Program-made: the position numbers and the translations under genes
Shown here: piece after piece, positions 11,139-23,787 of the stretch
Layout: each line of letters begins with the position of its first letter
How positions within the stretch are numbered: position 1 is the first letter of the stretch
Notes under the pieces: model-generated
What the model was told of the DNA's origin: nothing
The model's input: the letters and a program-made list of their open reading frames with translations, nothing else
The model's database searches: none
Origin: Lingula anatina
Lineage: Eukaryota; Animalia; Brachiopoda
Assembly: GCA_051362555.1 (NCBI GenBank)
Contig: CM120643.1
Coordinates: 2,852,001 to 2,916,000 of the forward strand
Direction: 5' to 3'
Length of the DNA stretch: 64,000 bases

Positions 11139-12793
11139 CAGACTTGACATTTAATATGGAATATTTCAGTTTCGAAGGTATGCCTAGGTGAAAATGCATT
11201 CTTTTTTTTCACAAAATCCGATCTCATATAAGATATGTGAATGGAGAAGTGTGTAGTCTGGTGTGTCGCTACCAATTAACTGAATACCAGGTTTGTTGCG
11301 CTGCTGCTTTATGTAATATGCAGTGATTTAATTGGGTAGTGCTCCTTTAGGCTGGTCAAAGCTTGGGTTTGGCAAAGCATGGTTCTTTCAAAAAAGTATC
11401 CATATGTCGGCAACTACTGCATAGAATAATTTAAAATTTTGCATGCAAGTGGTCTGGTTTGCTGTGTGTAAAATGAGCTATGCAGTACTTTACAAATTTG
11501 TTAATCTGTGGCAGAATGGCACGAAAAAGACAGGCATTGCCAGACAGATAATTGTGCCAAACGAAACGGTCCGCACAGTTTTATAGAGTAATGCCCAGAC
11601 TAATGTACCTACACAGAGGCCACACCCAATGTATTGAAATCTTACCACCAGGGCACAAGACCCACTGTCTTTCGGGATATGCTGTTGCAACTAAACAAAA
11701 GCCACCCAGTCCGTTCAGAATGAGGGGTAAATTGCCATCAAAATGCACTTTTCAAGGCCCTTAGCGAACTCCAAACTGGTTTTAGCAGGTTAGAATACCA
11801 GACGACCTCCGAAGAACCCACTGTAAACAGCAAAACATCGTTGTATGTTTCTCTGAGAATTGGGGACCTTGACGGTTTCTGGGTTAAACACTGAAATCTC
11901 GAGGCTTTCTGTATTGAGGTCAGATTTCACCTGTACCGCTCAAAAGTCAAAACAGAGTTTACAGACATCCAGAAGAGGCCAACGACGAAGCTTGTGCCGC
12001 ATTTAAAGTGACTTAGGTCATTAACAGCGTCAGTATTTGGAGTGGAAATCACATTGGTGCCAAAACACCAATGGTAGTCATCGACGAAAACCTGAACCAG
12101 ATCAAATAAAGAAATAATGTGGGAACCATTTGGCTATCATTTGATAGGGGGCAACTTAGGAACAATTTTAGGTTGCACGGTGAGATTGCCGGTTCTTACA
12201 GAGCACTTTTAATAGCAGATTACTTACAGAACCAAGGGAATTAGCAGCTACCTTGGTCACCAAAATCGCCTTATTTGAACCACATAGACAATATGTGGGT
12301 AGGCCATTACTCGCCGAATCAATGGCCTACATGACCTACAACAAAACTGGACCAAATTGGACAGATTTTGACCGATGCCTGGAATGTTATTCCAGATTGA
12401 ACTTAAAAAACCCAAGGAATCCGTTGCCACTTGAGAGCGCTGGTAGCAGCCAGAAGAGGTCATGCGTAACAGTGGCCGTTACTGTGACTAGACACTGACA
12501 TGAGGGTCCTTTGTGGAGCGTGTAACTCCTTTACAGACAATAATTTGGAAAATATGGAGGTCCAAAATTTCTCTTTTTATGGTAGTCGTATGACATAGAA
12601 TAGGCAATGTGTTTTTGTTTGCTTCTTTGGCGAATACCATTAATGAACTAATGTCACTATGACATCAAAGAGGTAATTTAAAGTTGTTAAAACACGATTT
12701 TAATCCTTATTTTAATTTATCAGTCAGCTAAAAAGGAAAAAAACTAATGAAAAATGATTTGGAAAAAATATTCCATATTAAATGTCAAGTCTG
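11139..12793 (+). mobile_element. Tc1/mariner DNA transposon with decayed transposase, copy 1
   Basis: 28-bp TIR CAGACTTGACATTTAATATGGAATATTT, TA TSD both sides; relic Tc1 motifs (SVSIWSG, TPMVVIDENLN, LPWSPKSPYLNHIDNMW) broken by stops; second copy at 45906-47564. Confidence 0.92.
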
Positions 12794-14264
12794 TATAATA
12801 TTCTACCTCGTAATTCTATACGTTGAGCAAATTCCGTGTCCATTTTATTTCCAGACCAGTAGTGATTTTATTGAGGGCATTAAAATAAATCATTTGACTC
12901 AACTGTCGCATTTAACCCTTTCACTTCAACGTTTGAGCTTGATGTGATCGAAATGATAAGTGAAAACAGGCGTCCATTCTACTTATTATAATCTAAGTAC
13001 TCTGACGCTAAATTCCTTGAGCTATCTATATTCGATAATATACTGTATGAAAACGAGATGCTTGCGGTTGAAGAGACTTATCCTGCATATTGCAAATTGC
13101 AATGAGAGCGGTTTAGAATGACTGTCTTATAAAATTTTCTCCTGGGATAACCTGCAAACGATTCTATTACAAGGTTCGTTAATGACGGTTGTGGCGTCTG
13201 TCATTTTATAAAAGTGCAGTTGTAATAGTGCCCAGGTTGACGAATGTGACACCGTAGACAAACGTAAATATTGATTTTCGACAAAGGTTTGAGTCAATTT
13301 GACTGACGAATCGTCCTATCCATCAGACGCTTTTGAAAATGAAAACAAGAGTGCGTTGCAAAAGAGTTAAAGCTATTAACCCTGATAATAAAATATTGCT
13401 TAGTGATGTAATTGTGTGTATGATGTCCTATTGTTGGCTTAAGTTTCTATTATACCATTGCACCATGTTCTTATTTTAATTTACTAGCAGTGATGAGATG
13501 TTTGTTACACTTGTATATTAATTTTGTTTTTGTCATACTACATCCGTACACAAACGAATGAGGCAAACGGAAAATGTGTCTGCGACAGTACGAAAAATAG
13601 TTTTTTAATGAGATGTACCTGTAAATGCATTTTTTTTTTCAGAATGAAAACGAGCAATAAACAGTTAAAAGGAGCTGGATGCTCATGCCCACTTACAATT
13701 AATTCAGGATTTAAGTTAACAGACACAAGTGATACAAAGTGCCAGGTTGAGGATGCGAGAAGACGGTGATATTTATACATGTATATTCCCAAAATTAGTT
13801 TAAAACGTCGACGAATTACGTGGTATGATACAACAACTTAACTGAGATGTGGGAAGAAATCGTTTTTAGATTATGAAAGTCACCACGAAAGGCAATAAGT
13901 CAAGTAAATTTGCAAGAGAAAAATGCATTTAATATCAACCGTTCCAAACACGGCCATCATCAGTCGAATGCATTTTTATATATCGTAACACATTCACGTT
14001 AATGCCCTTAAAGAGAAAATAAATGACTGGTATAAAGGCAAATGAATCTGAATTAATTCGAAAATGTCAGACGAATACTGCATTAAGCCAATGTTTTTCA
14101 GCCTTAATGTTGTGAAGAAAATATGAAGCCACCGGTATCAACCTGCGCTAAACATAAACATTACTATATCAACGTGAGAAAATTACACGGATCCTAGCCT
14201 GGGTATTTAACTTTAGGGTGTACGTTGTCCGAATTTACAGCACTCTCAGATGGAGCATATCTTA

Positions 14265-14438
14265 GGCCGCATTCAGAAAAGTGGACTAACTAGTCCGAGG
14301 GTCAAATATGGTGACCCACTAAAAAGCTTCCGTCTAATCCGCTAATAGACATTGAGTAGATCCCCAGTGGGGAAGTATTCAAGCGGATTGGCCATATTTG
14401 ACCCTCGGACTAGTTAGTCCACTGTTCTGAATGCGGCC
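14265..14438. mobile_element. Harbinger-type hairpin MITE, family F
   Basis: ~46-bp TIR GGCCGCATTCAGAA..GTGGACTAACTAGTCCGAGGGTCAAATATGG; TTA TSD (14262-64/14439-41). Confidence 0.85.
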
Positions 14439-15572
14439 TTAATCGACTTAGGTGACGACAATCCACAGCATTAAAGCGCACTATATCCCAGGAGAAAATT
14501 TTATAAGGCAGACATTATAAACCGCTCTCATTGCAATTTGCAATATAACCACCAAAGGCTTCTAAAGCGCCTGATATCCCACGCTGTAATTTCTTAGTAC
14601 ACTGTAAGCGTACTAAGAAATTACACCCCAGATAAACAACGTTCTGAATACCAAATACGGCTGACACTTGAGGTGTAAGAATATACACCCATAACGGCGT
14701 CACTGTCTAAGCTACCTAGGCTATTTGTAGCTCTCCTAGCTCAGCTAAAAGGAAGAAGTTATGTTTTTAGTGGACAATGTTTTTTAGTTATTTTTATCAC
14801 TCTCTTATAGTGCACGTACAATCCAACTTATAGTTGCAAAAATAAATAGTATCGATATTACAGCGCAAATTTTCTCTTGCATTTGAGCAGCCCTTCGGGT
14901 CAACCGCGTAAAACCAGTAATTATACTTTAAATTCTTGGTAACTTTAGAGAAAAAAAAAACGCCCTTGAGAGATTTGACTTTATGAGATTTAATAACCAT
15001 CTGCCCCCTTTCTTTATTATACTGTGATTCACCACCATGTAACAGTAGCCGGTATTTGGGGTGGGTGGGTGAGTTTGGGGGAGGGAGGGGGGTTCCCAAA
15101 CAGATGAGGCAGGTACTTGTGTAAACACCGCTGTAGACACGGAACTCTTCCACATATTAAAATAAGCTGCTCTCGGCAATATCCCCATCTTTCAAAACCT
15201 TGATAGTCTATCTCATTATCATAATGTTCAAAAATTTCATGAGCGTGGATTAACGCAGGGTTATAAAGATCTACGCCGGTGACACAACACGCGGTCACTT
15301 CTTCGAGAACAATCCACGAGGCTGATTAAGGAGAGATAAAAAAGAGATGTACCTTTCCACTTTATCAGATCACATTCATAGTTTTCCAGGATAATCCCCG
15401 CTAACGCCAGCTCTCAGCGTCGTGGTAATGCGGCTTTGTGAGATGAAAAGGAGAAGTAAGTACGATATAAATGTCGTTTATTTAACTCATTTTTAACATT
15501 ATGCTGATTTCAGGTGTTATTCTTTGACAAGTAAGTAAAGAGGGTATGGTTCGCTGGTTTTCATTTCTTTTA

Positions 15573-15788
15573 AACCCCATTTACACCGGACGGCATCCTC
15601 TCTGCGTCCTTTGTGCGACCATGAAACTGGCATCGCTGTGGTCGTAGAAAGGAGGGACTAGCATCGCTTTGGTTGCAGAATGAATGCTTAATGTTTGGCC
15701 AGTTGTATTTAAAAGATATTATTTTTTACTCTCAAACCGGGCCGTACTAAGGGACGCAGAAAGGACGCCGTCTAGTGTAAAGGGGGCT
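15573..15788. mobile_element. MITE family D, copy 2
   Basis: Same TIRs and body as 3697-3919 in opposite orientation; TTA TSD. Confidence 0.85.
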
Positions 15789-18700
15789 TTAGATGCTTGA
15801 ATATTGAACCACAATGTTACATATACATGTATTGTTAAGCATTTGTTGTCTGACTTATCAAACTAGAATGTAACCTTTTAGGTTTATGTAAACATCGTTG
15901 TTTAGTGTCGCCAGTTAGGAATCACTCATTCTATGAATACAGAAGAATTTTAGAGTGAGACTTGGTTGAAGTAATCGATCCACTTAAATAAAGTGAGCAT
16001 TGATAAGAATCACACAGTGTAAAAAACACGTCTGACGTACATGTACTAGTATAGAGATATAATATTTCATTTAAAGAGCGTGCTGTCAATTTTTGAAATA
16101 CCCTTTCTGCTTTAGCGATATTGATAAAAAATGTAATTCTAAATCTAAAAACATATCTAGGTGAAAAATATGAGAAAAAGGATTGGTTGGGGTTGGGGGT
16201 TGGGGTAGTCCAGCTTGTTTTCAAGACATAGCGTTCTGCATTATGTCACTTTTATTGAATTGCGATTTATCTCAGGTCGCAGTGGTCTAAAATTGTGGTC
16301 TTTAAGTTTAGGCTAATCTTTAGACTCAGACTGAAGTTCTTAGCTAGAGTTTTGTGCCTGTTTCTTTGTTTTCTCGGCTTCATTGATAACCGTGACATTT
16401 TCACACGCGAGTGCCTGAAATATACACGTATTCGGAATCACTTAATACAATATAGAATCACTTAATCAATAAGTCAGACATACTGCCTGGATGTATAGTG
16501 TGATAAATGTAGCAAAATAAAGCACCGGCAAAATATCTCCGATCATAATTGAATGATCTTTGTGGGAGTGCCAAAAGCAATAAAGGCTTGTTTTGACGCT
16601 TATTGAAAGACTAGTTACTCACTTGTATACATAAAACCATTCTAAAAGCGCCTATATCGCAACATTTACACAGCAAAAGACACGGTTGCACAACAGTATA
16701 ATGCTCGATATTTTTTCTCGGCAACAAGTTCATTACTTTGCTCTCCTCGAGGGAAGGCCGTTTACTTACCCGTCACCTGACTGATCAACTTGGTAACAGT
16801 GTCATTTGAGACAATATCTCTACATTAATGACGTATACCATAATAATTTAATGAAGGAAAAAAGGGAAATCCGTGACTTTTGACCCCGTTAATTGGGATA
16901 CAATGTATATAAACCGAAATATTGATATTGGGTCCAGGGTATCATTTTCTCTGTGCTGATATTACCTAATATCACCTGGCTTTAACTGTATATACACTGA
17001 TCGGTAAGTTATGCTCAAAACGGACTTGAATAAAAACTTGTTTGCTTTGCGATCAATTAAGATCCCCGAATAACTGAACAGCTTTTATCCATAGGTTGCC
17101 GTATTTGTTAAAGCTTTATAGAACAGAGAGACACTTAAAAGAGGTTATGCCAGTGCTTTTAATTCGAAACTTTTCGCTAGACGGCTTCTGTGCCAATCCC
17201 TGGATTATGACCTGTATATGTTTAATAAAGCGCTCATTATGCAAGCTTCACAATGGTTGTGTTGAAAGAAACTGCTGTGCACCCGCCAGTGACGACTGCG
17301 AGAGGAGAAAATCCTTAAGCTATGCATCACGTGGGCAGGTATGCACCGGTAATGAATTGTCCATGCAGTTCACGAGAAGTGACCCAGAACAGGGTGACAT
17401 GAACGGGTTTTATTGACGCTGTGAGACACAGTCGATAATTTCAGCTAAAGAAGAACAGGAGGCATTGACGGGGACACCCCAAGGTAAGGAGGTTGGACGG
17501 ATGCAAATAGGCACAGTCTACTGGCAAATGTACATGTATGGGGACGTAATGTACATTTTTACGTGCAGCCATGTGCTGGTTATTTGTTTCTCATTTCCAA
17601 TAATACTAGTTGCTAGTTGACCTTTACAATAACCAGCCAAACCAGATCTGCGATGTTTATATAAATTCAACGCAGCTCATTGAAATAAGTGCTATACAAT
17701 CACTGCGTGTATTAATTGTACGTGTGGCTGGCGGGGAAAAGTTGGCGTAACCCCAGTAGCTCTGTACCAGTAGTTGTTGTGTTGGTGTGTTAGCGGGAGT
17801 GGTTGACCCTAAACGTTCTCGAAAGACATACTCCCCCCCCCCCCCCCCCGGAGATCTCCCCAAAATGCTCTTCAGCGGTCGATCCATCAAAACAACTTGC
17901 ATTTGATTTATAAATAGGCTCTATAAACACAGTACGTGTACAATAGCACATTACATGTTGTTATGCTAGTAGCACTTACAGTAGTTCGTTTGTTTTAGTG
18001 ACTAGCGCATTCTCTCATGCCCATGCCATTCTAAATATAAGTCACCAAGGACCAATGTCCCATGATTATGAGGGCACCATACAATCTACGTCTGTGATAA
18101 TTATGCTTTGTGCTTATATGCTCTTATTAATAACATATGTCAGTACTGAACACTACCCCATCTGAGAAAAAAAAACAATATTGAAGGCTATTGTCTTGAC
18201 AAAAGGCAATAATATAAGCCACTGGTGAGGCGAGTTTATGCAAAAGTACGGCTGGTGAATTAAAATGTATATTTCATATTGAATGTTTTAAAAATCCGAA
18301 ATTTGAATTCTTATACATACGGTACGGGAGGGGGGGTGTCCACAGTTGTCAAAATACCATTCGTCACATTTTTAAAATAGTCACAGTTACACATAACAGT
18401 GTCAACAAATTGCTATACAGGGACGAAGAAGTTCTCGAAAAAAAGATCTACTAGAAAAAGACTGGTTTCTTCGGCTCATGCACTGGTATGTGACTCCGTC
18501 AACTTGACTTGCTTCATAATGCAGTAAGGGTTCACCTCTCGTGACATAGAAACCTATCAACAAAGAACGCTCTTATATAAACCTGCGACCCGTCACCTTA
18601 CCTAATTGTATAATGCGCTTACCTGATAGACGGAAAGAGGACGAGTGATTTTTCTTCTCTAATACAGCAAGGTATGTAGAAATGAATAACTGAAATTATA

Positions 18701-19119
18701 CAATTTTTGCAATGAGCTTAGGCAGGGTGATTAGACCTACATGTTGGACACGAAATCGTGACAGAGACGCCCAGCCTGCGAAAATGTGTCTCATCTAACG
18801 TTCAATCTATTCTTGAACATTTGGTGTGTTTTTTACAGTTCTAATGTTGTTCTCTAATGAATGTAACAATTCGAAAAATGTCCCAGAACAGATTAAGAAC
18901 ATTTTTCATTAAAAGAGAAAAACATTTTCTTGGACAGATTGAGAGCCGCAAGTGGGCTTTAAATGAGATAAATTTTCGCAGCGGGTTACAGTGTCGTGCC
19001 GTAGGAGAACGCAACTCAACAATCCCTAGTTAAGTATTTCGTCGTTACATGCCAACTCGTACAAAGTAAATTACCCTAATCCTTTCATGGCGCTCACTCA
19101 TCCTTTACTGTTACTGTTA

Positions 19120-19345
19120 CACCCCATTTCCATAGATTTTTAGACCGATCTATCCCTGTGGGGAGTCTCACTAGATTACTGTCAGCTTGACCGGCTTAAG
19201 CGTCTGTCCCGCCTACTAAAAACTGTAAGGGGGTAATTAACTTTGGTGCCCGCTCGGCTGACTGCAATTTAGCGTGAACCCCCAGGGAGTTAGGTCGATC
19301 TAAATCTAAATTTCTGGATCGATCTAAATCTCTGGGAAAGCACCC
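19120..19345. mobile_element. Palindromic MITE family E
   Basis: CACCCCATTTCCATAGA...TCTCTGGGAAAGCACCC; near-identical to 21159-21384 and related to 50877-51091; flanked by TTA/TAA. Confidence 0.8.
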
Positions 19346-20222
19346 TAAGGGTGTTATTTTTCATGTGATATTTGAGGTAAAATATTTTTTGTAATGCATA
19401 TATGCACACAGTAATGGATGCAGACTGACAATATAAATGGGACCCTTATAAGCCCGCATATCAAACTATTCGGTGGTCTGTGCCCTTTATTGATTAAGAA
19501 AGGAGTACTTTACTCTTGGGGAAAAGAAATGTACAAAAAAAATCCTACAAATAAGTTATTTTTTTCGAGTAATAAATTTACTACACTGTTAGGTGATGAG
19601 CTTCAATCTACTTCTTAGTTTTTTCGAAAACAAGGCACCCTTTTCGTTACTCATACTATATCCTCTTTACAAATGGCATTTTCTTGTTAATTTTTGCAAC
19701 AAAATGTTAATTGGAGATGCAGTTCGCAAGTTCTTCCCAAATCTTTTTTTCCGTAGTCACAATTTGCACCGATATATGGAGTAGCGTCATTGTCTCAATA
19801 TTGAGTCACAAAAGCCTCAACAACTGGAGTGCGGAGGAACTAATACATGTCATTCTAATCATAAATTGACACACAATAGGTGACGAGACGGCCAACATAT
19901 TATCCCGCTGACCACCAAGGTTTAAAATTACAACTACAACTATTGAATTGCAGTGGTCGACTAATTTTACAAAATATAGGCCAGATTCCTATATAAATAA
20001 CCGGTATGAAATATATAGCACACAATATCAAATTCCGTCTAGAAGCTTCGTGTCACGTGTGCATCAGGGACATTAGCTTTTTAATGGGGTGATAATGAAT
20101 ATAAAGGAGAAAGGAGTTGCTTTGCTTGCTCCTATATAGTCCCATTAATTATGGTCTCCTTGGTTATCTTCTACTGAATGTTGATCTGCATGTAAGATCT
20201 TCTTCCTAGGCTACTACTCTTT

Positions 20223-20320
20223 ATAATAATAATAATAACAATAATAATAATAATAAACCTTTATTGATCACAAAGAAATGGTTTACATTTACAGGCTCCA
20301 TAACTACTACAAAACATAAC

Positions 20321-20360
<40 letters not shown>

Positions 20361-20362
20361 TA
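20223..20362. repeat. (AAT)n microsatellites
   Basis: Two AAT tracts. Confidence 0.9.
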
Positions 20363-21141
20363 AGTAGCAAATTATACTCACCTGCGCAGGAATAAACGCC
20401 TTTTAATTACACTGTTTACGAATTTATATATGGCACTCACTCTGCGCAGAGAGTAGATTAAGTCAAATAGTTTATTAAGGTAATGTATCCGCGCGTGAAA
20501 ATGTACCAAAGTCATATGTATTTTCTGTGTCTACATGTCCTGTAAATCTATATATCTTCCTCCTCTTTCTATATAGGCCCTATCTTCTCACATTTCAGAC
20601 CATAAAGACAATAAAGACAATAAAGACAATAAAACCCCTCAAACAATAGTACTTGGTGCTGTTGGTGTTGACATTTCCTTCTCTTGAAATTATTATATAA
20701 GAAATGGACGATCCAACGACAAATAGACACAATGAAACGATATAATAGTAAGTACGCTTTAGAAATTTCTAAACCTTTTATACTTTGAAAATTTTTCTTG
20801 TCGTTGTATATTTCACAAAGAGAAATTTACTTCTTTGAAAAGAAGGGATTTTGTGGAAGCCCCAAAGAAAGATTTCTGAATCTTTTTCCTTAAAAAGGGC
20901 TTAAGCTTTGTTAAGAGTTTTGTCATATGCTTTTCTTTTTTTTTTTTTTTACTGATGCTGCTCGGGCAGCTGAAATAAGGTCTTAACTGTGCAGGATAAA
21001 TTGATAATTCACTGAACGGTCTACGTCAATTAAAATGCCAACCATCTAGGGAGCAAACATCTATCATATCTATATTCATACAAGTTCTCTCCATTTAAGG
21101 ATCGATAATGCTAGCGTGTTGATTGCAATTGATTTACACCT

Positions 21142-21540
21142 AGTGGACCATTACCATACACCCCATTTCCATAGATTTTTAGATCGATCTATCCCTGTGG
21201 GGAGTCTCACTAGATTACTGTCAGCTTGGCCGGCTTAAGCGTCTGTCCCGCCTACTAAAAGCTGTAAGGGGGTAATTAACTATGGTGCCCGCTCGGCTGA
21301 CTGCAATTTAGCGTGAACCCCCAGGGAGTTAGGTCGATCTTAAACTTAATCTTTAGATCGATCTAAATCTCTGGGAAAGCACCCTTAGTCATACCCTATC
21401 GTACTAGCAGGATCGATCTATCTCCGAGGGGTTTCTCACTAAATTGCATTTAGCTTAAGCGCGCACGAAATACATGTATATTACCTCCCTAGTAGCTTTA
21501 ATGGGCGTGACAGACATTTAAGCCGCTCAAACTGAATGCA
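21142..21540. mobile_element. Young family E MITE (21159-21384) nested in the terminus of an older related MITE
   Basis: Flanks GGACCATTACCATA / CCCTATCGTACTAGCAGGATCGATCTATCTCCGAGGGG rejoin into a sequence resembling the start of the element at 58639. Confidence 0.7.
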
Positions 21541-22195
21541 AAGAAACTACAGAATTACCCCGATGGCCTAAAGGCAAACTGTCCCCACCTTGAATAAAAC
21601 CCCCTTGCTGTTAATCCGCCCCTGGAGAGATTAGAGGAGTACATGATATTTAACTGCTTTCGTATCGTTTTTAAGGCAATTCACCTTCCTCTATCAACAT
21701 TTATTTAGCCGATAAGCGACAATAGCTTGTATTTAGTGATGGTTTGTGAATGCTAGAATCTATCAAACAAGGATTATCAAACAACCAAGGGGACGCTGGA
21801 GACTTGAGTGACGAGATGGAGAGCAGGCGTGCAGAGTGTACCAACAATATACTCGCCCTGTGACTGCCCATTACCCATATACTTGACTTTGGTTTAGAGA
21901 TTATATTATATGGCAAAGATGCATGTATAAGTCTTGGTTAAACCAAGGAAAATAACAAAAGAAAAAATTACAAAATAGCATGGTATAAAAGATGTTCTCA
22001 ATAATAAAAAAATATATATATATTAGTCATAGGTAGCCAAAGAATTATTACATTTTTGGTGGGATAGTAAAATGGAGCCCCGTCACGTCCCTTCGACAGA
22101 CAGCTGTAGATTAATCATCCGGTTTATATTCTCTAGCATATTTCGAAAGACTTCATTCTCATACAGACAGCATCGGTCCACGCGGTTCGACCCAA

Positions 22196-22353
22196 CTCTG
22201 CAGGGACTCTCGCTGAGTGCAATCAGCTTAATTGAAGGTCACGCCCCCTTTTGTTTCCAACATTTTCCGTATAATAACCAGCTTTTGTGTATTCCAGAAG
22301 AAGGCGTGTTCATCTGTTAAGCTGATTGTACTCAGCGAAAATCCCCGCAGAGC
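22196..22353. repeat. Inverted repeat related to the family E interior
   Basis: CTCTGCAGGGACTCTCGCTGAGTGCAATCAGCTTAA / TTAAGCTGATTGTACTCAGCGAAAATCCCCGCAGAG. Confidence 0.6.
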
Positions 22354-23547
22354 TGGGGCCATTCACGTAAACTGATAATGATTATGGAAATGCACGCTAA
22401 ATGATCATTAGGATACATTGATTTGCGCAGCAGTCACTCGGTTTTTGCATTATTGTTTTTCTGGATGAGCGACAAAGTGAAGCGATGATATATGTGTATT
22501 TTTTATGCGGGATTATAACCACGAACAACAGAGAACCGCAGCAATTTTGTTTGACTAGGGGATAGCACGTCAAGAGAAATATGTACAAAGGTAAAATTGA
22601 TTGGGCGTACAGTGTATCTCAAAACGATTTTATAAATACGTTATTTAGAGAAACTAACCCCCTTCAAATGCCATATGTAAGGCTAGAATGTTGAGTTAAT
22701 GAATTTAAACGGGAATGCAGGAAGTATTCATAGTAGATATTTCTTTCTTTCCTCAGTCCAGAATCAAGGCTAATGTTAAGCCACGGCACCAGTTGGGGAG
22801 CTCTGTGACAGGGATGATATAAATAATGATCTAACACTGTATTATACGAGACTAATTCTTCTTAAAACGACAGGCTTCAGCCTGAGATAAAAGTTACACA
22901 ATGTAATTACCAGTCTTCAGCTCCATATCTCTTATATCACCATATACAATCTATCTAATGTACAATATTATATTTTATAATACAAGGCACTCTGTTCTGC
23001 TGTAACTTAATGGGATTCTGTCACTTAAAGATCACACTTGAGTTATTCCAAGATTATACGGCTTATTAAACATACATCTTCCTAGTTTATTCAAAGCTAA
23101 GACAGACCCAACGAGTGTCCTAACGCTATGGGAAAACTCTGTTATGAATTATTACAGCTGTCATCGTCTCGTTTTGAGTACGGAGGATTGAGGAACAATG
23201 GGAGCTTGTATCAGTGATAAAAATTAAGAGCCACAATGGACATCTTGTTATAAGATCTTAGTTTAGAATCACGCGATGAATGAATTATCTCGTCGTGGAT
23301 CAACATCCAAGATGGTTGGGTAAACGAGTAGCTGTCTTGTGGAGACAGACCAGCAAAGTGTACGGATTCACTTTAAGCTTATATCAAAGCTTAAAAAACA
23401 ACCGAAGTCGGATATATATATTTAGAAATAAAATACTCTTTCCTTAAAGCAGTTTTCGTTTCTTTACACTTACGTTTAGAAAACGGATCGAGAACGGCAA
23501 TATAATTCGTCTGTTTATAAAATGTTTTATTCATCTTTTAAAGTTGA

Positions 23548-23548
<1 letters not shown>

Positions 23549-23617
<69 letters not shown>
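23549..23617. repeat. (AAAT)n microsatellite
   Basis: Pure AAAT run. Confidence 0.95.
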
Positions 23618-23620
<3 letters not shown>

Positions 23621-23787
23621 GGTGAAATATTCGCGTCCCACCACGCCGTATTTGCTGGAACAGATTTAATGTCTTACCAGATAGCAACTGGACCACTTGT
23701 AACAATTTGACATCTTATATTGAACATGTGATTTTTAAAAAAAATTGACATGAATCTTTTCTGTTTATTTCAGGGTGTAGATGGACG

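Noticed and set aside
11552-12498. Small ORFs repeated at 46357-47166 as a possible gene pair
   Set aside because: They are fragments of the decayed Tc1-like transposase region.
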